Assembly (NCBI GenBank): GCA_024679565.1
Contig: JAIBDD010000009.1
Location: 1,109 to 65,108, forward strand
From: Bacteroidota bacterium
GTDB taxonomy: Bacteria; Bacteroidota; Bacteroidia; NS11-12g; UBA9320
Length of the DNA: 64,000 bases
Reading direction: 5' to 3'
Shown here: positions 50,978-61,116 of the stretch, in pieces
How the letters are laid out: every line of letters begins with the position of its first letter
Numbering within the stretch: position 1 is the stretch's first letter
Program-made: the position numbers and the translations under genes
The notes under the pieces: model-generated
Databases searched by the model: none
What the model saw: only the letters and a program-made list of their open reading frames with translations
What the model was told of the DNA's origin: nothing

Positions 50978-53900
50978 ATGTCTAATCAAGAGTCGACTGG
51001 AGAATACGTCAAAATAGACGGTGAACAGTTTTATAAAATTTCAAATAGCGATTCGATTCGTCCGTTTTTCATGACCATCGTAAGCCCTAGCGACCATTGG
51101 TTGTTTATTGCTAGTAATGGTGGCATCACTGCAGGTAGAAAAAATGCAGGGTCGTCCTTATTCCCGTATTACACTGACGACAAAATAATTGACCTTGCCG
51201 ATATCACGGGGAGTAAAACTATCGTTCGTTTCGATGATAAGAATAAAAGATTCTGGGAACCATTCTCGGAGCGTAATGTAGGAGAAAACATTGCACGAAA
51301 TCTGTACAAAAACCGAATTGGCAACAAGGTGATTTTTGAAGAAATTCACCATACACATGGCTTGTCTTTTCAATATATGTGGACGTTTTCAGAAAAATTT
51401 GGCTTCGTTAAACGTGCAAGCATAAAAAACACAGGCGATACTCCAATGCCGTTCGAAATACTGGATGGCTTACAAAACGTTCTCCCTTATGGTGTCGATA
51501 CAGATTTACAAGCTTCGCGAAGCACATTGGTTGATGCGTACAAGAAGTGTGAGTTAGACAATGCCAGTGGCATGGGTATCTACTCCTTAAGTGCGATGAT
51601 TGTAGATAGGGCTGAGCCAAGTGAGTCGTTGTCTTGCACAACGATTTGGTCAACCGGTTTGAACCGGGAAAAAACTTTATTGTCGTCAACCCAACTGAAG
51701 TCTTTTAGACTCGGCAATACAATTAAACATGAACACGATGTTCGTGCTGAAAAGGGTGCTTACTTTTTGTCTGCCAAATTAGCGCTGGCGGCTAACGAAG
51801 AAACCACGTGGTTTACCATATGTGAGGTGAATCAAAATCATGCAGACGCTATCAATTTGAAAGCCCAAATTGTAAATGAAAGTTCACTAGTTCATGAATT
51901 AACTGAAGACATTGCCAATACTACAACAGATCTTAAGAAATTGGTGGCCAAGGCCGACGGTCTTCAAAAAACCAACGATGACTTAAGTACTGGAAGGCAT
52001 TTTTCTAATGTTTTATTCAACATCATGCGCGGTGGCATATTTGACGACCAATATTGCATTTATCGGTCTGATTATGAGCCACACATTGCCTCAATGAATA
52101 AGAACGTGTATGAAAACAATATAGCGTTCTTTCAAAACCTTGATGACGAACTAGAGCTTAAGTCTTTCATACAACTTGTATCAGACCAGGGTGATATTGA
52201 TTTATTGAGATTGACAAATGAATATTTACCCCTGTTTTTCAGTCGTCGACACGGGGACCCAAGCCGACCTTGGAACTATTTTTCCATCGAAACTCAAAAC
52301 AATGAAGGTGAAAAAATCAGAAATTACGAAGGCAACTGGCGTGATATTTTTCAAAATTGGGAAGGTTTAGCATTAACTTTTCCAGACTACACATTTGGCT
52401 TTATTAGTAAATTTTTAAATGCCTCTACCATTGATGGTTACAATCCGTATCGGGTATTTAAGGAAGGTTTAGACTGGGAAGTAGCGGATGAACATGACCC
52501 TTGGTCTTACATCGGTTACTGGGGTGATCATCAGATCATATACCTAACCAAATTATTGGAGATTTGTGAAGCACACTTCCCTAATTTACTGTCAGACATG
52601 CTTACTACGGAGTTATTCGTTTATGCGAATGTGCCTTATCGAATTAAGGAGTTTGATGCTATAGTATCAAACCCGCGCGATACAATTGTTTACGACTATG
52701 CTGCAGAACAAAAAATAGCTGAAAAAGTTAAGGAAATTGGTGCTGATGGAAAACTAGCCTTACACCGAGATAATACTCCTGTACGTGCAAGTATGACTGA
52801 AAAATTAATGGTCGCGCTATGTACAAAACTATATAACTTTATACCTGATGCAGGTATTTGGCTCAATACACAACGACCCGAATGGAATGATGCGAATAAT
52901 GCCTTAGTTGGTAATGGAGTATCAATGGTTACCTTGTATTATTTACGTAGGTTCATCGCATTCACACAGCAAATTATTGACGCAGACAAGCAACCGACTA
53001 CTGTTATTAACAGACCTGTCGCCCGTTTAATTCAATCGTTAAAATCTACCTACGAAGAGAATATACCGACATTACATAAAGGATTTACAGATTCTGAACG
53101 TTATGACTTTACGGCGTCTATTGGTGAAATAGGTGAATACTTCCGACGACAGGCTTACGCTGGGTTTAGAGCAGAAAAAGAAACAATAAACACCGCTGAT
53201 ATTTCAGAACTATTGGCAGTTGCTTTACAATATATAGATGCTACCATTGCCAAAAATAAAAGGGATGATGCACTGTATCATGCCTACAACGTAGTTGACT
53301 TTAAAAACAAGTCTGTTGGTATTGACCATCTTTACGAGATGCTGGAAGGACAGGTTGCCGTGCTAAGTGCAGGTACCATTGAGCCACAAGAAGCCAGTGA
53401 CATTTTAGATGCACTTAAGGCTAGTAAGATGTTTCGTGAAGACCAGTATAGCTATCTATTGTATCCAGACCGTCAATTGCCGTTTTTTATTGACAAAAAC
53501 ACCATACCCAAAACTGCGGCAGCAAACATTGCCTTATTTCAACAACTTCAGTCGGATTCGAACACGTCACTTATCCTTTTAGATGACTGCGGCGATTATC
53601 ATTTTAATGGAGACATTAATAATGCGAACGACGTTATTGACGTATTAAGGAATCTATCTGCTGAAGGGTATTCTGACCTCGTAAATGAAAACAGACAAGA
53701 GATTTTAACCGTTTTTGAAGATCTATTTGACCACAAATCTTTTACTGGTCGATCAGGAACATTTTATGGATATGAAGGACTAGGCTCCATTTACTGGCAC
53801 ATGGTGTCAAAACTATTACTCGCTGTTCAAGAAAACATTATTTCAGCATACCACAAAGGCGCGTCTGATCAGATTCTTGGTAACCTAGTAGAGCACTATT

Positions 53901-54394
53901 ATGAAATACGCGCTGGCATTGGGGTTAACAAATCACCTCAATTGTACGGTGCTTTCCCTACAGACGCCTATTCGCACACGCCAGGAAATGCTGGAGCACA
54001 ACAACCTGGCATGACTGGGCAAGTTAAAGAGGACTTAATCAATCGATGGGCTGAATTTGGTTTGGTGATTCGAAGTGGTACAATTTGTTTTGAACCTCTG
54101 CTTCTTAGAAGCGTCGAATTCTTTAAAGAATCGAGTACGTTTGATTTTTACGACCTCAACGACAAACCAGCAAGCATTGAATTGCCCGCAGACGCTTTAG
54201 CCTTTACCTATTGCCAAATCCCTGTAGTTTATCAAAATAGCGATGCAGAAAGCATTACAGTAACGTTTAATGATAATCGAACGGAAGTAATCCTTGGTCA
54301 CGAAATGCCTACCGATCTATCAAACAAGGTGTTTTCTCGTAAAGGAGATATCATCTCCATTCATTTCAACTGCATCAATCTACTAGTGAAGTAG
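50978..54394 (+). CDS. Large cytoplasmic (signal-less) conserved protein, 1138 aa. Candidate GH149/GH161-type beta-1,3-glucan (laminarioligosaccharide) phosphorylase
   Basis: No signal peptide. Size and position, last gene of the MFS-GH16-GH30 operon, match the bacterial GH149 context described for laminarin loci. No catalytic motif was verified. Confidence 0.4.
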   Translation: MSNQESTGEYVKIDGEQFYKISNSDSIRPFFMTIVSPSDHWLFIASNGGITAGRKNAGSSLFPYYTDDKIIDLADITGSKTIVRFDDKNKRFWEPFSERNVGENIARNLYKNRIGNKVIFEEIHHTHGLSFQYMWTFSEKFGFVKRASIKNTGDTPMPFEILDGLQNVLPYGVDTDLQASRSTLVDAYKKCELDNASGMGIYSLSAMIVDRAEPSESLSCTTIWSTGLNREKTLLSSTQLKSFRLGNTIKHEHDVRAEKGAYFLSAKLALAANEETTWFTICEVNQNHADAINLKAQIVNESSLVHELTEDIANTTTDLKKLVAKADGLQKTNDDLSTGRHFSNVLFNIMRGGIFDDQYCIYRSDYEPHIASMNKNVYENNIAFFQNLDDELELKSFIQLVSDQGDIDLLRLTNEYLPLFFSRRHGDPSRPWNYFSIETQNNEGEKIRNYEGNWRDIFQNWEGLALTFPDYTFGFISKFLNASTIDGYNPYRVFKEGLDWEVADEHDPWSYIGYWGDHQIIYLTKLLEICEAHFPNLLSDMLTTELFVYANVPYRIKEFDAIVSNPRDTIVYDYAAEQKIAEKVKEIGADGKLALHRDNTPVRASMTEKLMVALCTKLYNFIPDAGIWLNTQRPEWNDANNALVGNGVSMVTLYYLRRFIAFTQQIIDADKQPTTVINRPVARLIQSLKSTYEENIPTLHKGFTDSERYDFTASIGEIGEYFRRQAYAGFRAEKETINTADISELLAVALQYIDATIAKNKRDDALYHAYNVVDFKNKSVGIDHLYEMLEGQVAVLSAGTIEPQEASDILDALKASKMFREDQYSYLLYPDRQLPFFIDKNTIPKTAAANIALFQQLQSDSNTSLILLDDCGDYHFNGDINNANDVIDVLRNLSAEGYSDLVNENRQEILTVFEDLFDHKSFTGRSGTFYGYEGLGSIYWHMVSKLLLAVQENIISAYHKGASDQILGNLVEHYYEIRAGIGVNKSPQLYGAFPTDAYSHTPGNAGAQQPGMTGQVKEDLINRWAEFGLVIRSGTICFEPLLLRSVEFFKESSTFDFYDLNDKPASIELPADALAFTYCQIPVVYQNSDAESITVTFNDNRTEVILGHEMPTDLSNKVFSRKGDIISIHFNCINLLVK

Positions 54395-54420
54395 ACCCAA
54401 GAGAATCAAAAAAATAAGCA

Positions 54421-54451
54421 TTAAAAAAGCCACTAAGTTTCCTTAGTGGCC
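54421..54451. terminator. Rho-independent terminator for the minus-strand T9SS gene
   Basis: Stem GCCACTAAG (54429-54437), loop TTTC, CTTAGTGGC (54442-54450). A6 at 54423-54428 gives the U-tract on the minus transcript. Confidence 0.55.
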
Positions 54452-54493
54452 CGTCTGAAAAGTTAAACCGTTCTAGGTTTTTTGTTAAGATTC

Positions 54494-55843
54494 TTAATTC
54501 TTAGCTGCTTTGAAGCTAATTGTATCGTTGTTTGTTTCTACAACAAATACGTATAAACCGTTTTCATAAGTACTCATGTCAACAGTAACTTGAGTAGTAG
54601 TTGCGTCAATATGTGCAACAACCTGTCCTAAACTGTTTGAAACTGTAATGTTATTAATCGTTGCATTCGCATTGATGTTAATCACGTCGGTAACAGGGTT
54701 AGGATAGTAAGAAAGAGTAGTTGAAGCTATGTCTTTTACAGATGAATTGTCTGGCTCACCAAACATCATATCATCCCAGTAGTAAGTCTTTTCTCCAGCA
54801 GTAGCACCATCAACTCCAAAGTTGAAAAACAAAGAAGCTTTGCTGTATGTATTCATTAAATCTAATGCAGCAGTACCATCAGCATGTTTTGAAAAGTCAA
54901 ATACAACGTCTTCCCATGCATTCGCCTTAGTTGTTTTTGTATCTGTCTCACAAGATTTAGTTGGATCACCAGCATCTTCTACTTTTAAACGAACTGTAAT
55001 GTCTGCATCTGGGCTATAAACCTTAACAGTCATTTTAGTTTGTGTAGTAGTAAATGGTATAGCATCTTTAAATCCGAATGGAGTTCCAGCAGTAACACCT
55101 GCCCAAGTAGGGCTGCTTGCCACTTTTTTAGACATGGCAACCATATTCGTTCCACCTGCAGGATCTGCAACGATGGTAGATACCATATCCCCGAAATCAG
55201 TTAATGTGTAATCAACCATAGTATCTTCGAAAGTTACAGGTAAGTTGATTTGATTTTTAGTAGGACCAGAAGTCATAAATTCAACATTGTCCCAGTAGTA
55301 AGTTTTTGCACCTGCAGTAGGACCGTCAACATTATAGTTGAAGAAAACAGAACCTTTGTTATACGTCTTGTTTAAATCCAATAATGCAGTACCGTCTGCT
55401 TGTTTCGAAAAGTCGAAAACCAATACTTCCCACTCATTCGCTTTTGTAGTTTTAGCTTCTGTCTCTACAGATTTAGTAGGATCAGAAGCATCTTCTACTT
55501 TAAAACGTACTGTGATTCCTGCATCAGGAGACATTACTTTGATACTCATTTTAGTATCAGTATTGGTAAAAGGTAGTTTTTTCGAAAAACTTGTCACTGT
55601 ACCAGAAACATCTACTCCGATAGTAGTTCCTGCCCAGCCTTGAGCTGCAGCAGTCTTTTCCGACTTAACAATCGTATTGTTTGCATCGTTAGGGTCTACC
55701 ATAATTGTTGAAGCGTTTCCTCCGAAGTCTACAACTCCATAAGTTACAGCACCATCGTCCCAAGTTAGGGGTAAGTCATATCCTTGTGCAAAGCTTAAAG
55801 TAGCTGCTAGCATCAAGAACGAAAACGTAAAATTCTTAATCAT
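54494..55843 (-). CDS. T9SS-sorted surface protein with two tandem ~172-aa homologous domains (candidate glycan-binding protein)
   Basis: Signal peptide from MIKNFTFSFLMLAATLSFAQG. Two repeated domains. C-terminal Por_Secre_tail-like YPNPVTDVININ... Confidence 0.6.
   Translation of the reverse strand: MIKNFTFSFLMLAATLSFAQGYDLPLTWDDGAVTYGVVDFGGNASTIMVDPNDANNTIVKSEKTAAAQGWAGTTIGVDVSGTVTSFSKKLPFTNTDTKMSIKVMSPDAGITVRFKVEDASDPTKSVETEAKTTKANEWEVLVFDFSKQADGTALLDLNKTYNKGSVFFNYNVDGPTAGAKTYYWDNVEFMTSGPTKNQINLPVTFEDTMVDYTLTDFGDMVSTIVADPAGGTNMVAMSKKVASSPTWAGVTAGTPFGFKDAIPFTTTQTKMTVKVYSPDADITVRLKVEDAGDPTKSCETDTKTTKANAWEDVVFDFSKHADGTAALDLMNTYSKASLFFNFGVDGATAGEKTYYWDDMMFGEPDNSSVKDIASTTLSYYPNPVTDVININANATINNITVSNSLGQVVAHIDATTTQVTVDMSTYENGLYVFVVETNNDTISFKAAKN
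54739..55783. repeat. Internal tandem duplication, about 2 x 520 bp, encoding the two homologous domains of the T9SS protein
   Basis: Antisense ORFs 54822-55019 and 55338-55643 have near-identical translations (MKNKEALLYVFIKSNAAVPSACFEKS vs MKKTEPLLYVLFKSNNAVPSACFEKS). This implies ~516-bp periodicity with roughly 60-65% protein identity between domains. Confidence 0.7.
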
Positions 55844-56105
55844 AATTCTTTTTTTTATTTTCTTTTTTGTCTTTAAAAATTGATCACAACACATGCAATC
55901 GATTATTTGATGGTACGAATTAAATAAAACTTAAGGTAAATATTACTATAACTTATGGTATTTATTACAATAAACTTATAATTGAAGTATAGAAATAAGC
56001 GAATGAATTGGCTTGAATGATTGTTATTCATACTTTTGAAGCCTGCAAACGCGGAAAAAGTTTAAGCATTATTTGTTGTATCAATAGAGCAGTGAGATAA
56101 GATTT

Positions 56106-56960
56106 ATGAAATTAATAGCAGATAGCGGTTCAACTAAGTGCGATTGGATGATAGTTGGCGAACATGGAAATAAAATTGCCAAAACGATGGGTTTTAACCC
56201 GTTTTTCCATACACAAGAATTCATAGAAACTCAACTACAAGACAACGCTGAATTAATGTCGGTTAAATCGGCTATCAAAGAAATATATTATTACGGTGCT
56301 GGCTGCAGTAGCTCAGATCGGAATCAAATCATCAGAACAGCCTTGTCTGAAATATTTACAAACGCATCAGTTGTTCACGTTGCAGAAGATTTAGATGGTG
56401 CGGCGTATGCTGCTTCTGGACATAATCCAGGCATTGTTTGTATTATAGGTACTGGATCTAACTCGTGTTATTTCGACGGCAAACAAGTACACAGTAGAAT
56501 TCCAGCGCTTGGTTATGTTTTGGGAGATGAAGCGAGTGGTGCGTACTTTGGTAAAATAATGGTGTCAAACTATCTATACAACTTGATGCCTTCTAAACTT
56601 GCTGTCAAATTTTTCGACACGTACAAGGAAGACAAAGAGTCTATTTTGCACGCCACATACAATAAACCCAATGCAAACGTATACCTAGCGTCGTTCATGA
56701 AATTTGCTTCGGCGAATAGGAATGAGCCGTGGATCAAACAAATGATTTACGATGGGATAAAAACCTTTGCTGAGATTCACATTACGAGTCATCCAGAGTA
56801 CAAAACAGTACCCGTAAACTTTGTTGGCTCTATCGCCTATTATTTCCAAGATCAGCTTGACAAAGTGGCTAATGAGATGGGATTTAAAGTGGGCACCATT
56901 GTTAAAAAACCAATTGAAGCCCTTGTCGACTACCATGCTACCACCAATGTTGAGGTGTAG
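56106..56960 (+). CDS. BadF/BadG/BcrA/BcrD-type ATPase (N-acetylglucosamine kinase / glucokinase-like sugar kinase)
   Basis: MKLIADSGSTKCDW N-terminal phosphate-1 motif and ASKHA fold pattern. Confidence 0.65.
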   Translation: MKLIADSGSTKCDWMIVGEHGNKIAKTMGFNPFFHTQEFIETQLQDNAELMSVKSAIKEIYYYGAGCSSSDRNQIIRTALSEIFTNASVVHVAEDLDGAAYAASGHNPGIVCIIGTGSNSCYFDGKQVHSRIPALGYVLGDEASGAYFGKIMVSNYLYNLMPSKLAVKFFDTYKEDKESILHATYNKPNANVYLASFMKFASANRNEPWIKQMIYDGIKTFAEIHITSHPEYKTVPVNFVGSIAYYFQDQLDKVANEMGFKVGTIVKKPIEALVDYHATTNVEV

Positions 56961-57089
56961 CAAAAACACAGGAGTACACCAAAAACTTTTAGTACATCTT
57001 ACACCTTCTTAAATATCAACAATTGTTGAATCTTATTTCACGATAAATATTTACCTTCGCAGGCTTTAATTCGGACATAAAAATTCTGC

Positions 57090-58139
57090 ATGAAACTTTC
57101 TAAATTCAAATTTGAACTTCCTGAAAACCTAATTGCTCAAAAACCAGCTGGCTATAGAGGCGATTCCCGCTTAATGGTCGTAAATCGAAAAGATGGTTCA
57201 ATAGAGCACAAAGAGTTTAAAGAATTGTTAGGCATATTTGATGAAGGCGACGTATTGGTGTTGAACGATGCCAAAGTTTTTCCTGCTCGTTTATTTGGAA
57301 ACAAGGAAAAAACTGGCGCTAGAATTGAAGTTTTCCTATTGCGTGAACTTAATCCAGAATTGCGATTATGGGACGTATTGGTTGACCCAGCTAGAAAAAT
57401 TCGTGTTGGAAATAAATTGTTTTTCGGGGAAGATGATTTGGTTGCCGAAGTAATTGACAATACAACTTCACGTGGACGTACCATCCGATTCTTGTTCGAC
57501 GGTTCTTCCGATGATTTTAAAGCAGTTGTTGACAGAATTGGTGAAACACCACTTCCTAAATACATCGACAGATCTGTTGAGGCCGAAGACAAAGAAAGAT
57601 ATCAAACCATTTTCGCTGATACTGAAGGAGCGATTGCACCACCGGCTGCAGGCTTACACTTTACGCGAGAGCTTATGATGCGTTTGGAAATTAAAGGCGT
57701 GAATTTTGCCAAAATGAATTTAAATATTGGTTTAGGTTCGTCTCGAAATGTTGAGGTAGAAGATTTGACCAAGCACAAAATGGATTCAGAAAAGTTTAGC
57801 ATTTCTGATGAAGTAGCTAGCCAAGTAAACAACGCAAAAGAAAATAAAAAGCGTGTTTGTGCGGTTGGGTCAAGCGTAATGAGAGGATTAGAATCTTCTG
57901 TATCTGCTTTTGGCAGGTTGAATGGAGCCGACGGGTGGACAGACAAATTCTTATTCCCTCCGCATAATTTCAAAATTGCGAATTCATATCTAACTGGTTT
58001 TCACCAGCCAGAATCAACACTAATGATGCTAACCAGTGCATTTTTAGATGATGTTGATTTAACGCACGAAATCTACAATACCGCAATTAAGGAGAAGTAT
58101 AATTTCTTATGCTACGGTGACGCATTACTAATTATCTAG
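57090..58139 (+). CDS. queA: S-adenosylmethionine:tRNA ribosyltransferase-isomerase
   Basis: [13 protein letters not shown]...R N-terminus and full-length QueA architecture (349 aa). Confidence 0.9.
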   Translation: MKLSKFKFELPENLIAQKPAGYRGDSRLMVVNRKDGSIEHKEFKELLGIFDEGDVLVLNDAKVFPARLFGNKEKTGARIEVFLLRELNPELRLWDVLVDPARKIRVGNKLFFGEDDLVAEVIDNTTSRGRTIRFLFDGSSDDFKAVVDRIGETPLPKYIDRSVEAEDKERYQTIFADTEGAIAPPAAGLHFTRELMMRLEIKGVNFAKMNLNIGLGSSRNVEVEDLTKHKMDSEKFSISDEVASQVNNAKENKKRVCAVGSSVMRGLESSVSAFGRLNGADGWTDKFLFPPHNFKIANSYLTGFHQPESTLMMLTSAFLDDVDLTHEIYNTAIKEKYNFLCYGDALLII

Positions 58140-58154
58140 TAGGCATCGATAAGA

Positions 58155-59699
58155 TTATGTTCTGGCCCAAAAGGCAGGCATAAACAGCAACAACATTGTA
58201 AACAATTCTAACCTTCCGAGAAGCATTAAAAAGCTAAGGAAGATTTTGGCCGATTCAGGAAATGCTGAGAAGTTGTGTGCAGGCCCTACCCCTCCTATTC
58301 CTGGCCCTATGTTACCCAAAGATGATATCGTAGCACCAGCGGCCGTAACTATGTCGTAACCATAAAAGGTCATGACTATTGTACCAAGAGCAAATACAGT
58401 AAGGTAAATAAAGAAGAACGCGAGGATGTTGTAAATAATCTTTTGCTCAACCGCCCTACCGTTATATCGTACCGGTATTATGGCAGACGGATGCAATATG
58501 CGTTTTAGTTCGGCCATGCCGTTTTTTGCAATCAACATGTGTCTAACGATCTTAATTCCACCGGATGTAGAACCCGCCGACGCACCAAAAAACATCAACA
58601 AGAAAAAGGTTAAGGTTAAGAAGTGCCCCCAAGTCGTATAATCTGCTGTAGCAAAACCTGTAGTCGTTACAATACTGACTACCATAAACACCGACTCCCT
58701 AAATGACTGTTCTAGTCCACTTACGTCAAGAAACAGAAGTGACGCAGTAGTTGCTATTATTGAAAAAATGACCAAACCACTATAAAATCTAAACTCCTCA
58801 TTTTTTACAATTTCAGAGAATTTTAGCTTGATAATAAAATAGAACAACGTAAAATTTAATCCTCCAAAAAACATAAAGAGGCTCACTACGTATTCAATGG
58901 AAGGAGAGTTATAGGCCGCAATGCTGGCATTTTTTGTGGAAAAGCCACCGGTAGAAACCGTTGTAAACGAATGATTGACAGCGTCGTACCACGTCATTCC
59001 GGCCAATTTAAGTGCAAACACTTCTACCAAGGTGATTACGGCGTATATAATCCACAAACGTTTCGCTGTTTCCGTAATTCTAGGGTGCAATTTACTTGTA
59101 GAGGGTCCTGGAGACTCTGCCATAAACAACTGCATACCACCAACCCCAAGAATCGGCAAAATGGCAACCGTTAACACGATAATACCCATCCCTCCCATCC
59201 ATTGGGTTAAACTTCGCCAAAGCAGTATGCCCTTATGAACACCTTCAATATTATTAAGTACAGAACTACCCGTTGTGGTGTAACCTGATACCGTTTCAAA
59301 AAATGCAGAGGTGAAGCTTGGAATAATCCCGCTTAATATATACGGCAAACTTCCTCCGAACGACAAAGCCAACCAGCCAAGTGTTACAATTAGATACCCG
59401 TCTTTCTGTCTTAGCTTCTTCTCATGCTCCCTTGAGAAATACCACAACATGAACCCCAGATTCAGGTTCATAGCCGAAGAAATCAAAATCGGATACGTGT
59501 CCCCTTCTAAATAATAGATACTCGTAGGTAAACAAAATAGAATAAAGAGTCCGTTGAGCATAAAGAGTAGCCCAATGACATTGGAAATTAATTTCCAATT
59601 GATATGTGAGTTAGAAGAATTTTTCAACTTCCTTAATAACTGAGTGTTCGGACAAAACAACAACCTTGTCGTTTGGTTGGATTTGATCATTGCCTCCAA
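58155..59699 (-). CDS. trkH: Trk/Ktr-family potassium uptake membrane subunit (TrkH)
   Basis: Repeated M1PM2 motifs with selectivity-filter glycines (TTTGFS, TTGSSV, GGS). The track start overlaps trkA by 89 bp, so the real start is probably downstream. Confidence 0.85.
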   Translation of the reverse strand: MEAMIKSNQTTRLLFCPNTQLLRKLKNSSNSHINWKLISNVIGLLFMLNGLFILFCLPTSIYYLEGDTYPILISSAMNLNLGFMLWYFSREHEKKLRQKDGYLIVTLGWLALSFGGSLPYILSGIIPSFTSAFFETVSGYTTTGSSVLNNIEGVHKGILLWRSLTQWMGGMGIIVLTVAILPILGVGGMQLFMAESPGPSTSKLHPRITETAKRLWIIYAVITLVEVFALKLAGMTWYDAVNHSFTTVSTGGFSTKNASIAAYNSPSIEYVVSLFMFFGGLNFTLFYFIIKLKFSEIVKNEEFRFYSGLVIFSIIATTASLLFLDVSGLEQSFRESVFMVVSIVTTTGFATADYTTWGHFLTLTFFLLMFFGASAGSTSGGIKIVRHMLIAKNGMAELKRILHPSAIIPVRYNGRAVEQKIIYNILAFFFIYLTVFALGTIVMTFYGYDIVTAAGATISSLGNIGPGIGGVGPAHNFSAFPESAKIFLSFLMLLGRLELFTMLLLFMPAFWART

Positions 59700-60948
59700 T
59701 CATTTGAGCAACGCCGTTTCTCAAAATTCCACCTATAATTGCCTTCTTCGGGAAGGCTAAGTCTTTTACCAAACTCTTGGTAATTTTTGACTTCTCCTTT
59801 GCATTAAACTCGAGCACCTCGGCATCCAATCCATGCACAGCCGCAATACTAATTACCTCACCTTGCCTTACATATCTAAAAATGTTGTTGGCAGCGATTA
59901 GCTTTTTATTGATCAATGTATCAATGCCAATCGTTTGGGACAAATTGATATAGTCCATATTCTCAACTAGCGCAATGGTTTTTTTAACGCCATGTGCTTT
60001 TGCCATCAAACATGACATGATGTTGGTCTCAGAATTACCTGTAACTGCTATATAAGCATCCATGTCTGAAATACTCTCTTGCTCTAATACACGAACGTCG
60101 TGTCCATCAGAATTGATTACAAGAACGTCTGCAAATTCGTCAGCAATAGACATGCATCGCTCTGCATTTTGCTCTATAAGTTTAATCTTCCTTTTCTTCC
60201 GAATCTTTTTGATGGCATTAAGACCCACTTTCCCACCACCTAACATCATTACATTCTTGATACGATGTTCTTCTTTGCCCGTTAGGTTTATTATCTCCTC
60301 AAGACCTGCTGGTAGGGATAGAAAATAAATGTGGTCACCAAAAATAAACTTGGTATCACCACGTGGTACCATGGTTACCCCGTCTCGCTGAATACCAATA
60401 GGAATGAAATTAAAATTGGGATTTAACGCCGCTGTTTCATTGATAGTTCTATTGACAACAGGAGCGTGATTATCCAAGTTAATACCAACCAGTACCAACT
60501 TCCCCATTTCAAACTCAAACGCATCAGTAAAAGCCGAACGCTTTATCAGTCGCCAAATTTCCTTTGAAGCAAGCTCTTCGGGAGAGATCATTACATCAAT
60601 ACCCAATTGTTTGAAATCAATGCTACATTTTGGGTCGAGAAATTCAGTGTTATTGACACGAGCAATGGTTTTGGCTACGCCTAATTGCTTGCCAATGGTT
60701 GACACCATGAAGTTAATTTTCTCGGAAGACGTTACGGCTATAAGCAAGTCTGCACTTTGCACTTCTGCTTCACGCAGTATTTTAATAGAACAGGCATCAC
60801 CTTTAATACCGATGACGTCCAAACTGTCTTGTACACGTGATAGTATTTTCGCATTGTCGTCGATCAATACGATGTCGTGTGACTCATTTGAAAGTAGTTT
60901 CGCTAAATAGAAACCAACCTCCCCAGCACCAGCAATTACAATTCTCAT
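59611..60948 (-). CDS. trkA: Trk system NAD-binding subunit TrkA (two RCK modules)
   Basis: MRIVIAGAGEVG Rossmann motif, and a second Rossmann GGGKVG mid-protein. Confidence 0.9.
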   Translation of the reverse strand: MRIVIAGAGEVGFYLAKLLSNESHDIVLIDDNAKILSRVQDSLDVIGIKGDACSIKILREAEVQSADLLIAVTSSEKINFMVSTIGKQLGVAKTIARVNNTEFLDPKCSIDFKQLGIDVMISPEELASKEIWRLIKRSAFTDAFEFEMGKLVLVGINLDNHAPVVNRTINETAALNPNFNFIPIGIQRDGVTMVPRGDTKFIFGDHIYFLSLPAGLEEIINLTGKEEHRIKNVMMLGGGKVGLNAIKKIRKKRKIKLIEQNAERCMSIADEFADVLVINSDGHDVRVLEQESISDMDAYIAVTGNSETNIMSCLMAKAHGVKKTIALVENMDYINLSQTIGIDTLINKKLIAANNIFRYVRQGEVISIAAVHGLDAEVLEFNAKEKSKITKSLVKDLAFPKKAIIGGILRNGVAQMIGGNDQIQPNDKVVVLSEHSVIKEVEKFF

Positions 60949-61067
60949 TTTATAACGTATGCAAAAGTAAATAACCTAGGTACTTGTTGGTCATTTTCGG
61001 TAGATATCTGTGCTATTTTTAATTAATTTGAATTCATTAAAACAAAAGACAAAAAAAAGAAAATTAC

Positions 61068-61101
61068 TTGCGGTTTTTGAATAGGAAAACCCCTACTTTT
61101 G
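61068..61101 (+). promoter_or_regulatory. Bacteroidota sigma-A promoter: -33 TTG (61068-61070) and -7 TACTTTTG (61094-61101)
   Basis: The track TTG start at 61099 is the TTTG of the -7 box. The gene more likely starts at ATG 61117. Confidence 0.5.
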
Positions 61102-61116
61102 CGAAAATTTTTTGAG

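Noticed and set aside
55895-56105. Direct repeats (aacttatggta / aacttataatt) in the divergent region between the T9SS gene and the BadF kinase as regulator binding sites
   Set aside because: The matches are imperfect (7 of 11) and sit in AT-rich DNA. I could not distinguish them from chance.
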